A DNA stretch of 36,931 bases, from positions 1 through 36,931 of IMG/VR virus record IMGVR_UViG_3300016666_000042, one strand, 5' to 3'. Numbering within the stretch: position 1 is the stretch's first letter; the number at the start of each line of letters is the position of its first letter. A program made the translations under genes and the position numbers. This document shows, piece by piece, positions 15,607 to 25,597 of the stretch. Below the pieces are notes generated by a model. It was not told where the DNA came from. It saw nothing but the letters and a program-made list of their open reading frames with translations, and made no database searches. Source of the DNA: a virus. Lineage: Duplodnaviria; Caudoviricetes.

Positions 15607-16102
15607 TTTTGTAGCCAGCGTCAAAAGTCTATTTCCTGAATACTTCAAAGAAAAGAAGGTTTTGGAGATTGGCAGCTTAGATATTAACGGTTCTGTACGG
15701 ACATTTTTTGAGAATTGTATGTACATTGGCGTGGATTTAGGCGAAGGCAAAGGTGTTGATCTGGTTGCAAAAGGCGAGGATTTAGTCTTTCCTGATAACA
15801 GTTTTGACGTATCTATAAGCTGCGAATGCTTTGAGCATAATCCAGAGTGGGTAAAGACGTTTAATAATATGATCCGCATGACAAGGGGGCTAATTATTAT
15901 GACGTGTGCCACTACTGGCAGACCGGAGCATGGAACAAGTAGGACAAGCAGAGCAGACGCGCCATTCTGCGGAGACTATTACCGGAATTTAACTGCACAG
16001 GATATTGAAGATAATTGCGATTTAAGCAAGTTTCTAGTATATGAGTTTAGTACAAACGATAGTCCAGCAGATTTATATTTTTGGGGTGTAACTAGACCAT
16101 AA
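15584..16102 (+). CDS. Class I SAM-dependent methyltransferase (small-molecule/glycan type)
   Basis: Start moved to ATG 15584; VLEIGS, YIGVD, FDVSISCECFEH motifs; no DPPY or PC DNA-MTase motif. Confidence 0.85.
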   Translation: MSHQSQIDFVASVKSLFPEYFKEKKVLEIGSLDINGSVRTFFENCMYIGVDLGEGKGVDLVAKGEDLVFPDNSFDVSISCECFEHNPEWVKTFNNMIRMTRGLIIMTCATTGRPEHGTSRTSRADAPFCGDYYRNLTAQDIEDNCDLSKFLVYEFSTNDSPADLYFWGVTRP

Positions 16103-16106
16103 TATT

Positions 16107-16793
16107 ATGGAAGCTATAGTTATTTGCACAGTAGATAATCCTGGAATATCCATATTATTAGAATCAATCAGGATTTATGCGCCTAACATCCCTGTGTATC
16201 TATCTACTAATCACATTGAGCATTGCAGTAGCGATATTATTACTTTCCCAAATACCGCAAAGACATTTGGTGAGGCTTATAACAGTGCTATAGATCGTGC
16301 TTTTAAAGGCTCTTGGAATAGTGTCATTGTCTGTAATGACGATGTAGTGCTGACTCCTACAAGCTATAAGCAAATGTTAGAAGATTGGCAATTGCTACAT
16401 AAAAATAATATAAAGGTAGGGTTCTTGGGAGCCAGATCAGATTACGTCTTACCGGAACAAAATATCCGTTTTCCAGTAGAAAATGATAAAATAATTGCAT
16501 TGAAATACGAAAGTGAATCGTATATCAAAAGAGTAGGGATTATTGCGCCCATCTTTGCTTCCCTCAGTAAACAAGTATGGCAGGATGCGCGATTTCCACA
16601 CACAAATTGGTATTCTGATAACATAATATGCGATGATTTAACGAAGAAGGGCTATGAGCATTTTGTAAGCCGATCTTATGTGCATCACGCAGGAAGTCAG
16701 ACTGTAGGAACAGATTTTCAAAAGTGCCATGAAGAGCCTAGAGAATGGATAAAGGCTAACAGGCCGGACGTTTACGAGGTTTATTATGGCTGA
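16107..16793 (+). CDS. GT-A fold glycosyltransferase-like protein (GT2-like)
   Basis: FGEAYN, IVCNDDVVL, WYSDN, VHHAGSQT motifs. Confidence 0.75.
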   Translation: MEAIVICTVDNPGISILLESIRIYAPNIPVYLSTNHIEHCSSDIITFPNTAKTFGEAYNSAIDRAFKGSWNSVIVCNDDVVLTPTSYKQMLEDWQLLHKNNIKVGFLGARSDYVLPEQNIRFPVENDKIIALKYESESYIKRVGIIAPIFASLSKQVWQDARFPHTNWYSDNIICDDLTKKGYEHFVSRSYVHHAGSQTVGTDFQKCHEEPREWIKANRPDVYEVYYG

Positions 16794-18147
16794 TGGATTA
16801 TTAAGTAACGTACTAAATGCAATAGACCAGCAGAAAAGAGATACCGCTGCTAGTCTTGGCTTGCTGTTTACTGATCCACAGGCATGGCTGGTAAATGCAA
16901 ACGATAGGCTTAATGCTTACAATCAGACACAACTTGCTGCAATACCAGCAGAGCGCAATGAGCTGCGTGGCATTCCATTAACAAAAGAACAACAATTAGC
17001 AAAGCAATATGCAGATCAGCAGATGCAGGATTTGGCATTGGGATTTGCTGGAAATATTAAGCCTGTTAAACCTAGTCTAGGATTGGCTGGTACTCCTTAT
17101 CAAAGATCATTAGAGCAAGGATACGATCATGGTTGGTATCATGGGACAACTGGTGATATTAAGCAATTTAGACCTGATTTATTAGGTGAAGCTACTGGTG
17201 CAAAGAGCGCAGAAGAAGGCTTTTTCTTTGCAAGAGATCCTAGAAATCCACCTAAAGAAATGACAGGAAAGTCTAATAATCCTGAAACTATTGCATTACT
17301 TAAACGTCTTGGCAAAACAGACGAAGAAATAGCTGCAATGAATACAGTTTCAATGAAAGGGCATGGAGCGCACACAGCATCTGGATATGCACAACTTGGT
17401 GGTGATAGAGAATATAGAGAGGCCATGCGTCTTGCATCTATTGCAGAAAAGAAAGGTAACTGGCCTGAATATGAAAAGCAAAGTGCCATTGCTGAAAATT
17501 TAGCTATTGGCAAAAATAATCAGCTTCAACTATTAACAGCAAAACATGGAGAAGCTAGAGATACAATGTTATCTAAAATACAAGATACATGGTATGGCAA
17601 ACCAATGTCTCAAAAAGAGGCAGAAGCATCTGATGCTGCATTTAAAAAGTTAATGGGATATGGTTGGTATAACAATCCTGCTCAAGTTGATGTTGTAAAA
17701 AAAGAATTAGTTAATAAATTTGGTAAAGATAAAGCAGCAGATGCAATAAATGCAATTGACCATTATAAATCAGTTGTTGCTCAAAGATTGGCAGCGGAAG
17801 CACAAAGTGGTGCTAACGTACTTCCTGTTGCATTGAGGTATCAAAACCCAATGTATTATGATTTTAAGGGCAGTTCATATAGAGATCAGACTTATGCTGA
17901 TTTGGTAAAAGAGGCAAAAGCTAAAGGGCATGACGCATTGATTTTGCAAAACACTTATGATCCCGGCGCAGGAACAGCAAAACTTGTAGATGTTGGCGTA
18001 GTATTTAGTCCTGCTCAAATACGATCTAAGTTTGCTAAGTTTGATCCTAAAAATATAAATTCACCAGATATATTAGCTGCTGGTGTTCCATTAGGGCTAT
18101 TAGCAGATACAGAAATAGAAATGCCTAAAAAGAAACAAAAGAAGTAA
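16786..18147 (+). CDS. ADP-ribosyltransferase-fold protein (ART-PolyVal-like)
   Basis: WYHGT, GFFF, ASGYA, NVLPVALRYQNP, GHDALI, VVFSPAQIRSKFAKFDP in the expected order. Confidence 0.72.
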   Translation: MADGLLSNVLNAIDQQKRDTAASLGLLFTDPQAWLVNANDRLNAYNQTQLAAIPAERNELRGIPLTKEQQLAKQYADQQMQDLALGFAGNIKPVKPSLGLAGTPYQRSLEQGYDHGWYHGTTGDIKQFRPDLLGEATGAKSAEEGFFFARDPRNPPKEMTGKSNNPETIALLKRLGKTDEEIAAMNTVSMKGHGAHTASGYAQLGGDREYREAMRLASIAEKKGNWPEYEKQSAIAENLAIGKNNQLQLLTAKHGEARDTMLSKIQDTWYGKPMSQKEAEASDAAFKKLMGYGWYNNPAQVDVVKKELVNKFGKDKAADAINAIDHYKSVVAQRLAAEAQSGANVLPVALRYQNPMYYDFKGSSYRDQTYADLVKEAKAKGHDALILQNTYDPGAGTAKLVDVGVVFSPAQIRSKFAKFDPKNINSPDILAAGVPLGLLADTEIEMPKKKQKK

Positions 18148-18172
18148 CGCATGACACCAGAAAGGTAGTGCA

Positions 18173-19342
18173 ATGGAAATAGAAGTTAAATATCGCAAGA
18201 TTGAGGATTTAATTCCTTACGTCAATAATAGCCGCAAACATTCTGACGAACAAGTTGCTCAAATAGCATCTAGCATCAAAGAATTCGGCTGGACTAATCC
18301 AATATTAATAGACGGAGCCAATAGCATCATAGCTGGGCATGGTCGGCTTATGGCTGCCAGAAAGCTAAAGATGGAAGAAGTGCCGACAATAGAATTAAGC
18401 CATCTGACGGATACTCAACGAAAAGCATTAGTAATAGCTGACAATAAATTAGCGTTAAATGCTGATTGGGATACAACTTTGCTAACTATTGAGCTAGATG
18501 AACTGCTTAAAGACGGATTCGCATTAGATATACTGGGATTTAATGCTGATGAGCTAAATGCGCTTTTAGAGCCTGAGCAGGTAGATGGATTAACGGATGA
18601 AGACGCTGTTCCTGAAGTGCCGGATGAGCCTAAAACAAAGCTAGGTGACATTTATCAACTTGGCAATCATCGGTTAATGTGTGGTGATAGCACTAGCATT
18701 GATGCGGTTGAAAAGTTAGTTAATAAAATAGAAATAGATTTATGTTATACAGATCCTCCTTACGGTATTAATGAAAAAGGTGATAGAACAGCTAGAAAAA
18801 CAGGATTAGCTAAAAACCATAATTTTAAAGATTTTAAAGACGATACTATTGATTACGCTGTTGAGGCATATCAAATAGTTGAAGGAGTATTACAGGTTAA
18901 AAGACAAGTATGGTGGGGTGCAAACTACTATTGTCATGCTTTGCCACAATCAAATAATTGGTTTGTTTGGGATAAGCGAGTAGAAAATAAAATGACTGAT
19001 ACTCAATCAGATTGTGAGTTAGCTTGGGTTAAATCAAAATGGTCATCTGTGCGTATTTTTAGACATCTTTGGAAAGGCTTTAACAAAGATAGTGAAAGAA
19101 ACCAACCAAGAGTTCATCCAACTCAAAAACCAGTGGCTTTAGCTGAATGGTCATTTGACTACTTTAAAGAAGTAAATACAGTTTTAGATTTATTTGGTGG
19201 GTCAGGCTCTACTTTGATAGCTTGTGAAAAAACTAATAGATCATGTTTTATGATGGAATTTGAGCCGCATTACTGTGATGTAATAGTAAAACGTTGGGAA
19301 GATTTTACAGGTAAAAAAGCTGTATTATTAACTAATAATTAA
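18173..19342 (+). CDS. ParB-like N-terminal domain fused to N6A/N4C DNA methyltransferase
   Basis: SIKEFGWTNPILID, IIAGHGR, IADNKL; HRLMCGDST, TDPPYG, HPTQKPV, LDLFGGSGST. Confidence 0.92.
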   Translation: MEIEVKYRKIEDLIPYVNNSRKHSDEQVAQIASSIKEFGWTNPILIDGANSIIAGHGRLMAARKLKMEEVPTIELSHLTDTQRKALVIADNKLALNADWDTTLLTIELDELLKDGFALDILGFNADELNALLEPEQVDGLTDEDAVPEVPDEPKTKLGDIYQLGNHRLMCGDSTSIDAVEKLVNKIEIDLCYTDPPYGINEKGDRTARKTGLAKNHNFKDFKDDTIDYAVEAYQIVEGVLQVKRQVWWGANYYCHALPQSNNWFVWDKRVENKMTDTQSDCELAWVKSKWSSVRIFRHLWKGFNKDSERNQPRVHPTQKPVALAEWSFDYFKEVNTVLDLFGGSGSTLIACEKTNRSCFMMEFEPHYCDVIVKRWEDFTGKKAVLLTNN

Positions 19343-19359
19343 CATTTCCCCTTAATAAA

Positions 19360-19683
19360 ATGAATGAGCATATTCCAACAGACGAAAACAAACGATTAGT
19401 CGAAACATCGGCTGGTCTTGGGTTGCCTCATGAGCATATAGGGGCATTGATTGGCATTGATGACAAAACATTGCGTAAACATTATCGGAACGAGCTAGAT
19501 ATAGGCAAGGCTAAAGCCAGCGCACAGATAGCTAAAACGCTGTTTAACAAAGCTCAGGCTGGCGATACGACCGCATTGATCTGGTGGACTAAGGCGCAAA
19601 TGAGATGGGCTGAAACGCAAAAACAGGAAATAACTGGCGCAGATGGCGGCGCACAACAGCACGTTGTTACATGGCAGAAATAG
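19360..19683 (+). CDS. terS: Terminase small subunit (putative)
   Basis: HTH (IGALIGIDDKTLRKHY), GDTTALIWWTK, EITGADG tail; overlaps terL start. Confidence 0.72.
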   Translation: MNEHIPTDENKRLVETSAGLGLPHEHIGALIGIDDKTLRKHYRNELDIGKAKASAQIAKTLFNKAQAGDTTALIWWTKAQMRWAETQKQEITGADGGAQQHVVTWQK

Positions 19684-20927
19684 TCATCCCATACAAGCCT
19701 CGTGAGCAGCAGATGCAGATTCATGAGGCAATAGACAGTCACAGATTTACGGTAGTGGTAGCGCATCGAAGGATGGGCAAGACCGTAAGTGCCATCAATC
19801 ATCTAATAAAGGCTGCGATTCAATGTGACAAGCCTAACCCGCGATTTGCTTATATTGCTCCTACTTACGCTCAGTCGAAGCGCGTTGCGTGGGATTATCT
19901 ACTTGAATTTACTCGTCCACTGGGTGCTACAGCTAATATCAGCGAGCTTAGGGTGGATTTTTGGGGGCGTAGGATTAGCCTTTACGGTTCTGACAATGCC
20001 GATTCTCTACGTGGTCAGTACTTTGACGGTGTGGTGCTGGACGAAATTGGGGATCAAAATCCGAAGATCTGGAACGAAGTAATCCGTCCTGCACTGGCTG
20101 ACCGGATGGGCTGGTGCTTGTTCATTGGTACGCCCAAAGGCAGAAATCACTTTGCTGACTTCAGGGATAGGGCGGCAGAGACAGAAGGCTGGAAGCTGTT
20201 GGAGTTTAAGGCAAGCCAGACCGGAATCCTGTCTGCATCAGAGCTTAGGGCAGCAGAGCTGGAGATGGGCGAGGACAAGTACCAGCAGGAATTTGAATGT
20301 AACTTTAACTCAGCCGTGGAAGGTAGCTACTATGGGCAGATTGTCAATGATCTTGAGGCGAAGGGTCGCGTCACCAATATTGACCGTGATGATCTTTGTA
20401 AGTCTTATGTGGCTTGGGATTTGGGTATGGGTGACTCTACTTGTCTATGGGTGGCTCAGTTGGTTGGCAAGGAAGTTAGGCTTATTGATTGCGTGGAAAA
20501 CCACGGAGTTGGGCTGGATTGGTATGTTAATTGGCTTAAAGAAAACAGATATGAGCTTTTCGATCAATTCCTGCCACATGACGTTGAGGTTCGTGAGCTG
20601 GGAACAGGGAAAAGCCGCAAAGAAGTGCTGCAAGAAGCCGGACTGCAAATTACTGTCGCGCCAAGATTGTCCATAGCTGACGGCATCCAGGCTGTTCGTA
20701 GGCTGTTACCGCGGTGCTGGTTTGATCCTAAAACTAAAGCCGGACTGAACGCAATCCGCAATTATCGACGTGAATTTAACGAACGGCAGGGCGTTTACTA
20801 CGAAAAGCCGCTGCACGACTGGACAAGTCATTATTCGGATGCTTTCAGATATTTAGCAATAACACTTGACGAAAGCGCAGATTCGTGGTCAACAAGTTTA
20901 CCAATTAATACCGGATGGGTTGTATAA
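19671..20927 (+). CDS. terL: Terminase large subunit
   Basis: HRRMGKT Walker A, LRG, VVLDE Walker B, GTPKG, WDLG nuclease, HYSDAFRY. Confidence 0.95.
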   Translation: MAEIVIPYKPREQQMQIHEAIDSHRFTVVVAHRRMGKTVSAINHLIKAAIQCDKPNPRFAYIAPTYAQSKRVAWDYLLEFTRPLGATANISELRVDFWGRRISLYGSDNADSLRGQYFDGVVLDEIGDQNPKIWNEVIRPALADRMGWCLFIGTPKGRNHFADFRDRAAETEGWKLLEFKASQTGILSASELRAAELEMGEDKYQQEFECNFNSAVEGSYYGQIVNDLEAKGRVTNIDRDDLCKSYVAWDLGMGDSTCLWVAQLVGKEVRLIDCVENHGVGLDWYVNWLKENRYELFDQFLPHDVEVRELGTGKSRKEVLQEAGLQITVAPRLSIADGIQAVRRLLPRCWFDPKTKAGLNAIRNYRREFNERQGVYYEKPLHDWTSHYSDAFRYLAITLDESADSWSTSLPINTGWVV

Positions 20928-20955
20928 TAGGCAAAATATCTGTACAGGGTTTATT

Positions 20956-23052
20956 ATGGATTCGGATTCAATCAAGGCAATTCTGGAAGCAGAGATAGAC
21001 AACTCAATCGGGTTTGTCGACTCTGAAACCAGCGATGAGCGCACGAAAGCTCTCGAATATTACCTGCGTTATCCTTATGGCAATGAGGTAGAAGGTCGCA
21101 GCCAGATCGTTACTGGCGAGGTTGCAGAAGCTATTGATGGCGCATTGCCACAACTTATCCGCGTATTTACTACGACTGAGGATATTGTCTATTTCGAGCC
21201 TAAATCGCCTAATGATGAGGAATCGGCGAAACAGGCTACTGATTACTGCAATTGGGTTTTCTACCGCGAGAATGACGGTCTAATCATCCTGCATAACTGG
21301 TTCAAGGATGCTCTGCTGCAAAAGACTGGTATCGTCAAAGCCTATTGGGATGCTAAGGAAGATGTAACCAAAGAGAAGTACAAGAACCTCACTGAAGACG
21401 AACTTGCCTTTTTGCTATCTGATGAATCATTAGAAGTAGTGCGTCAGAAAGTTGAGATGGTAGACGCTGGCGTTGACCAGATGGGTATGCCTATTCAGGT
21501 TCCATCTTATTCTGTTACGGTCAAGAAGGTTAACAAGTACGGATGCGTCAAGATTGAGAACGTACCGCCAGAAGAATTCCTTATTTCTAAAGCAGCAAAA
21601 ACTATTGAGGATTCGCCATTCTGCGCCCATCGTAGGCTGATGCCTCGCTCTGATCTGATCGCAATGGGTTATCCAAAGGATGTTGTGGATAACTTGCCAG
21701 CTTATGACGATCTGACCTATACGCAGGAGCATCTTGCTCGATTCAGCAATGGCGAGGTTCCAGACGATACGCCTAGCCTAGACTTCTCGATGCAAAATCT
21801 TGAGGTATACGAGTGCTATATACGCATTGATGAGGATGATGACGGCATTGCAGAACTGCGCCGGATTGTGTACTGCGGCAGTGAGATTTTGGAGAACGAA
21901 GAAACAGATAGCATCCCGTTCCATTCAATTTGCCCGATTCCTATTCCGCATAAGTTCTTTGGTCAGTCTCTGGCAGACCGGACAATGGACATCCAGCTTA
22001 TCAAGTCAACAGTTACACGTCAGATGCTGGATAACCTGTATTTGACCAATAATGCTCGCGTTGGTGTGGTTGATGGTCAGGTCAATTTGGACGATATGTT
22101 GAACGCAACTCCAGGCGGCGTAATTCGGATGAAGAATCCCAGTGCCATCGTACCGATTCAGGTTCCTGCTGTGACGGCTCAGGCTTTCCCAATGCTGGAA
22201 TATATGGATGGCGTACAGTCTAAGCGCACAGGCGTTAGCGATCAGCAGCAGGGTCTTGATCCAGATGTGCTGAACAATGTCAGTGCTACGGCAGTGGCGG
22301 CGATGATGAAGTCAAACTCTGGCAAGCTGGAGTTGATTGCTCGTATCTTTGCTGAGACTGGCGTTAAGAGCTTGTTTAAAGGCATTTTGCATCTGCTTGG
22401 CAAGTATCAGGACAAGGCCAAGATTGTCAGAATGAGGGGCAAATATGTTGCTTTCGATCCTCGTACTTGGGCTAATGAATATGATGTGTCTGTTAATGTT
22501 GGCTTGGGTTCTGGAGATCGTGACCAGAAACTAGCCATGCTTCAAATGATTCTGGCAAAGCAAGAACAGATTCTCCAGCAATTTGGCCCATTGAATCCTT
22601 TGGTATCTGTAGGTCAATACCGTAACACGCTGGCTAAATTCATTGAATCAGCTGGATTTAAGGACGCAAACCAATTTATCAATGAGATTACTCCAGAACA
22701 AGATGCAGCTCTTGCACAGCCTCAACCGCCAGCTCCTGATGCCCAAGCAGAGGTTGCTAAGATGCTGGCTGAGGTCGAGAGAGAAAAGACACAGGCTAAA
22801 TCCCAGATTGAAGCTGAAAAGCTCCAGTTGAAGCAGCAGGAACTCGAAGCACAATATACCCAAAAGGGTATAGAGATGCAGATGAAGAACCAGCAAGCTC
22901 AGGCTGATATTAAGATCAAAGAGGCGCAGCTTGCAGTGCAGCAATTACAGGCTATTCTGGCTATGGACTTGGCAGATGAGGCAAGCCGCCAGAAACAAGC
23001 AGACATTGTATTAAAAGCAATTAAAGAACTGGGGAGCCTGACAGGTGGATAA
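20956..23052 (+). CDS. Portal protein (P22-like with long C-terminal coiled coil)
   Basis: Start moved to ATG 20956; follows terL; DALLQKTGIVK, VPPEEFLI, RQMLDNLY; Q-rich barrel tail. Confidence 0.9.
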   Translation: MDSDSIKAILEAEIDNSIGFVDSETSDERTKALEYYLRYPYGNEVEGRSQIVTGEVAEAIDGALPQLIRVFTTTEDIVYFEPKSPNDEESAKQATDYCNWVFYRENDGLIILHNWFKDALLQKTGIVKAYWDAKEDVTKEKYKNLTEDELAFLLSDESLEVVRQKVEMVDAGVDQMGMPIQVPSYSVTVKKVNKYGCVKIENVPPEEFLISKAAKTIEDSPFCAHRRLMPRSDLIAMGYPKDVVDNLPAYDDLTYTQEHLARFSNGEVPDDTPSLDFSMQNLEVYECYIRIDEDDDGIAELRRIVYCGSEILENEETDSIPFHSICPIPIPHKFFGQSLADRTMDIQLIKSTVTRQMLDNLYLTNNARVGVVDGQVNLDDMLNATPGGVIRMKNPSAIVPIQVPAVTAQAFPMLEYMDGVQSKRTGVSDQQQGLDPDVLNNVSATAVAAMMKSNSGKLELIARIFAETGVKSLFKGILHLLGKYQDKAKIVRMRGKYVAFDPRTWANEYDVSVNVGLGSGDRDQKLAMLQMILAKQEQILQQFGPLNPLVSVGQYRNTLAKFIESAGFKDANQFINEITPEQDAALAQPQPPAPDAQAEVAKMLAEVEREKTQAKSQIEAEKLQLKQQELEAQYTQKGIEMQMKNQQAQADIKIKEAQLAVQQLQAILAMDLADEASRQKQADIVLKAIKELGSLTGG

Positions 23053-23275
23053 AGCTGGATGGGCAACAAGATTGATTCAAGACCCACTGTTTGTGGAATT
23101 GATCGACAACCTAAAGAACAGAGAAATTGGAAAGTTCGTGGCTAGCGATACACACGATGTGGATGCTAGAGAGACGGCATATATCCGGCTAAGGGTGATT
23201 GAGGATATTTTTAACGAACTTGAAGGCATGGCTTCTCAAAAGAAAATCGAGGAGAAACGCTGGAAAATTTTGTAG
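23045..23275 (+). CDS. Small hypothetical head-region protein
   Basis: Between portal and scaffold; GTG start with GGGGAG RBS. Confidence 0.7.
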   Translation: MDKAGWATRLIQDPLFVELIDNLKNREIGKFVASDTHDVDARETAYIRLRVIEDIFNELEGMASQKKIEEKRWKIL

Positions 23276-23280
23276 TTCGC

Positions 23281-23297
23281 ATAGGGCGATTCCCTAT
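23281..23297 (+). promoter_or_regulatory. Hairpin in scaffold gene leader
   Basis: ATAGGG-CGATT-CCCTAT. Confidence 0.4.
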
Positions 23298-23319
23298 ATA
23301 ATTATGGAAATGAAAACAT

Positions 23320-24297
23320 ATGAGCGATACTGAAAGCACCAATCCAGAAGGAAGTGCACAGTTAAACGTAAGTAGTGCAGCTGACGCTATTTTGGGATTA
23401 ATGGGAACTGATGAAGGCTCCGAACAGGAACAACCAGAACAGTCACTAGAATCCAACGATAGCGAGGCCGAATCAGAGGAATACGAGCAATCGGAGGAAT
23501 CTGAGGTAGAACAAGAGGAAGGCGAAGAAGAGCAGCAGGAGCCTCAAAAATACCGTGTCAAAGCCGCTGGCGAGGAACGGGAGGTCACCCTAGACGAGCT
23601 TATCAAGTCTTATCAACTTGGCACAGACTATACGAAAAAATCGCAAGCTGTAGCTGAAGAACGCAAAGCGGTAGAGGCCGAACGCCAAGCAGTAGAGCAA
23701 GCTAAACAACTGCGCGATACGTATGCAGAACGACTGCAAATGATTGAGCAGATGCTTAATCAGCCACAGCAGGAAGAGAACCTAGAGTACCTGAAAGAGA
23801 CTGATCCAATTGGCTATGCCGTAAAGGTTGCCGAGCTGTCTCAAAGGGAAAAACAGTTGATGCAGGTTCGTGCTGAACGTGAGCGTATTACCGCACAGCA
23901 GGAATATGACAGGCAAGAGCAACTCAAGGCAAAGATTGCTGAAGAGTCTCAAAAGCTAGTTGCTGCATTACCTGATTATGCTGATCCTGTTAAGGGTGAT
24001 GCAATACGGAAAGAAGTGCGGAATTATGGCAAACAGGCTGGATTCTCCGATGAGGAACTGGCTGGTGTTTATGATTCTCGTGCTGTATTAACACTTTGGA
24101 AAGCTATGCAGTTTGATAAATTGCAAGCATCCAAACCTGGCATTACGAAGAAGGTAGCAGACGCTCCTAAGTCTATGAAAGCAGGAGTATCGCAACCTCG
24201 TGATAGCCAGGCAGAAGAGTTTAAGAAACTGAAGGCTCGCGCTAAACAATCTGGACGGATTGCTGATGCCGCAGCCGCATTTGAACGATTTTTATAA
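23320..24297 (+). CDS. Capsid scaffolding protein
   Basis: Acidic N-terminus, EVTLDEL, DYTKKSQ, coiled coil; directly before capsid gene. Confidence 0.85.
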   Translation: MSDTESTNPEGSAQLNVSSAADAILGLMGTDEGSEQEQPEQSLESNDSEAESEEYEQSEESEVEQEEGEEEQQEPQKYRVKAAGEEREVTLDELIKSYQLGTDYTKKSQAVAEERKAVEAERQAVEQAKQLRDTYAERLQMIEQMLNQPQQEENLEYLKETDPIGYAVKVAELSQREKQLMQVRAERERITAQQEYDRQEQLKAKIAEESQKLVAALPDYADPVKGDAIRKEVRNYGKQAGFSDEELAGVYDSRAVLTLWKAMQFDKLQASKPGITKKVADAPKSMKAGVSQPRDSQAEEFKKLKARAKQSGRIADAAAAFERFL

Positions 24298-24307
24298 GGA
24301 CTGAATC

Positions 24308-25252
24308 ATGCCTACATATCAAACATTTACCGCTGTTGGTCAACGTGAAGACCTGAGCGACATCATCTATAACATCTCGCCAACCGAGACTCCAATTTTC
24401 TCGACTATCGGTCGCACCAAAGCTACTGCTGTTTACCACGAATGGCAAACGGACAGCCTCGCTGCTGCTACGACTGCTAACGCTGCTGTTGAAGGCGCAG
24501 ATGCAACTTCGGCAACTCTGGCTCCAACGACTCGTGTTGGTAACTACACTCAGATCGTTCAGAAGACTGTTCAAGTTTCTGGCACTCTGGACACAGTTAA
24601 CAAAGCAGGTCGTAAGTCTGAAAAGGCTTATCAGCTGTCTAAGGCTTCGCAAGAACTGAAACGCGATCTGGAAACCATCATCACTGCTAATCAGGGCAAA
24701 TCGGCTGGTACTTCTACCGTTGCTCGCACGATGGGTTCTCTGCTGTCTTGGATCAAGACCAACAGCTCGCAAGGTTCAGGCGGTGCAGCTCCTGCAACTT
24801 CCGGTACTTCTACTCGTACTGACGGTACTCAGCGTACTGCAACTGAAGCTCTGCTGAAGACTGTTGTTGCTTCGATTTTCGATCAAGGCGGTATGCCTAA
24901 AGCTGTGTTTGTTGGCTCGGCTGGTAAGCAGAAGATGTCGACTTTTGCTGGTATCGCTGTTAATCGTTATCAGCTGACCAAAGCTGAACCAGGCGTTATC
25001 ATCGGCGCGGCTGACATTTATCAGTCCGACTTCGGTCAACTGTCGATCGTTCCAGATCGTTTCATGCGTAACCGCGATATGCTGATCCTTGATCCAGAAT
25101 ACGCAGCTATGGCTTTCCTGCGTCCATTCCAGACCAATGATCTGGCTAAGACTGGTGACAGCGAAAAGACTCAGATCCTCGCTGAAGTCACTCTGGAAGT
25201 GAAGAACGAAGCGGCTCACGGTATCGTTGCTGACTTGGACTTCTCGCTGTAA
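24308..25252 (+). CDS. Major capsid protein (DUF5309-like)
   Basis: REDLSDIIYNISPTETP, HEWQTDSL, NYTQI, ELKRDLE, YQSDFG, LAKTGDSEK; TAAGGA RBS; terminator downstream. Confidence 0.92.
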   Translation: MPTYQTFTAVGQREDLSDIIYNISPTETPIFSTIGRTKATAVYHEWQTDSLAAATTANAAVEGADATSATLAPTTRVGNYTQIVQKTVQVSGTLDTVNKAGRKSEKAYQLSKASQELKRDLETIITANQGKSAGTSTVARTMGSLLSWIKTNSSQGSGGAAPATSGTSTRTDGTQRTATEALLKTVVASIFDQGGMPKAVFVGSAGKQKMSTFAGIAVNRYQLTKAEPGVIIGAADIYQSDFGQLSIVPDRFMRNRDMLILDPEYAAMAFLRPFQTNDLAKTGDSEKTQILAEVTLEVKNEAAHGIVADLDFSL

Positions 25253-25259
25253 TTTAACT

Positions 25260-25287
25260 AGCCCCTAACTTCGGTTGGGGGCTTTTT
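25260..25287 (+). terminator. Rho-independent terminator after the capsid gene
   Basis: AGCCCCTAAC-TTCG-GTTGGGGGCT followed by T run. Confidence 0.9.
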
Positions 25288-25297
25288 ATAGAGATCA

Positions 25298-25597
25298 ATG
25301 ACAAACTTTAGACAACAAGTAGCACACGCGGACGATAATGGCGGCATTATTATCGAGACTAAACAAGATATATCTGACATTCTTGAACGTAACAAAGTAC
25401 TTCAAGAAGTGGATAAAGCTAGAACAGGCGCAACAGAAGATTTACATTTGATTGGCTCAATACCTTTTACGGCTATTGATAAGCTAAATCAAATGGGGAT
25501 TATGCGCGGTTTTGCGATTGTGGATGAACCAGCATTCAAAAGATGGCTGAATCATCCAGATCAAGCTCCATTAAAGATATATCGAGGCACAGTATGA
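25298..25597 (+). CDS. Conserved-looking hypothetical protein after capsid gene
   Basis: QDISDILERNK, IGSIP, KRWLNHPD. Confidence 0.75.
   Translation: MTNFRQQVAHADDNGGIIIETKQDISDILERNKVLQEVDKARTGATEDLHLIGSIPFTAIDKLNQMGIMRGFAIVDEPAFKRWLNHPDQAPLKIYRGTV

Noticed and set aside
18173-19342. ParB domain as evidence of a plasmid-prophage partition system
   Set aside because: It is the common ParB-like/MTase fusion found beside terminase genes; no ParA or parS array seen.
20866-20955. N-terminal extensions given by the ORF track (also 3739, 10082, 11534, 15557, 25543, 31647)
   Set aside because: Downstream ATGs have better RBS or stop-start coupling and avoid long overlaps.
24242-25219. Long antisense ORFs (176 and 147 aa) opposite the capsid gene, and similar nested ORFs in terL, portal and ejection genes
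   Set aside because: Expected by-products of codon bias; no recognisable motifs.
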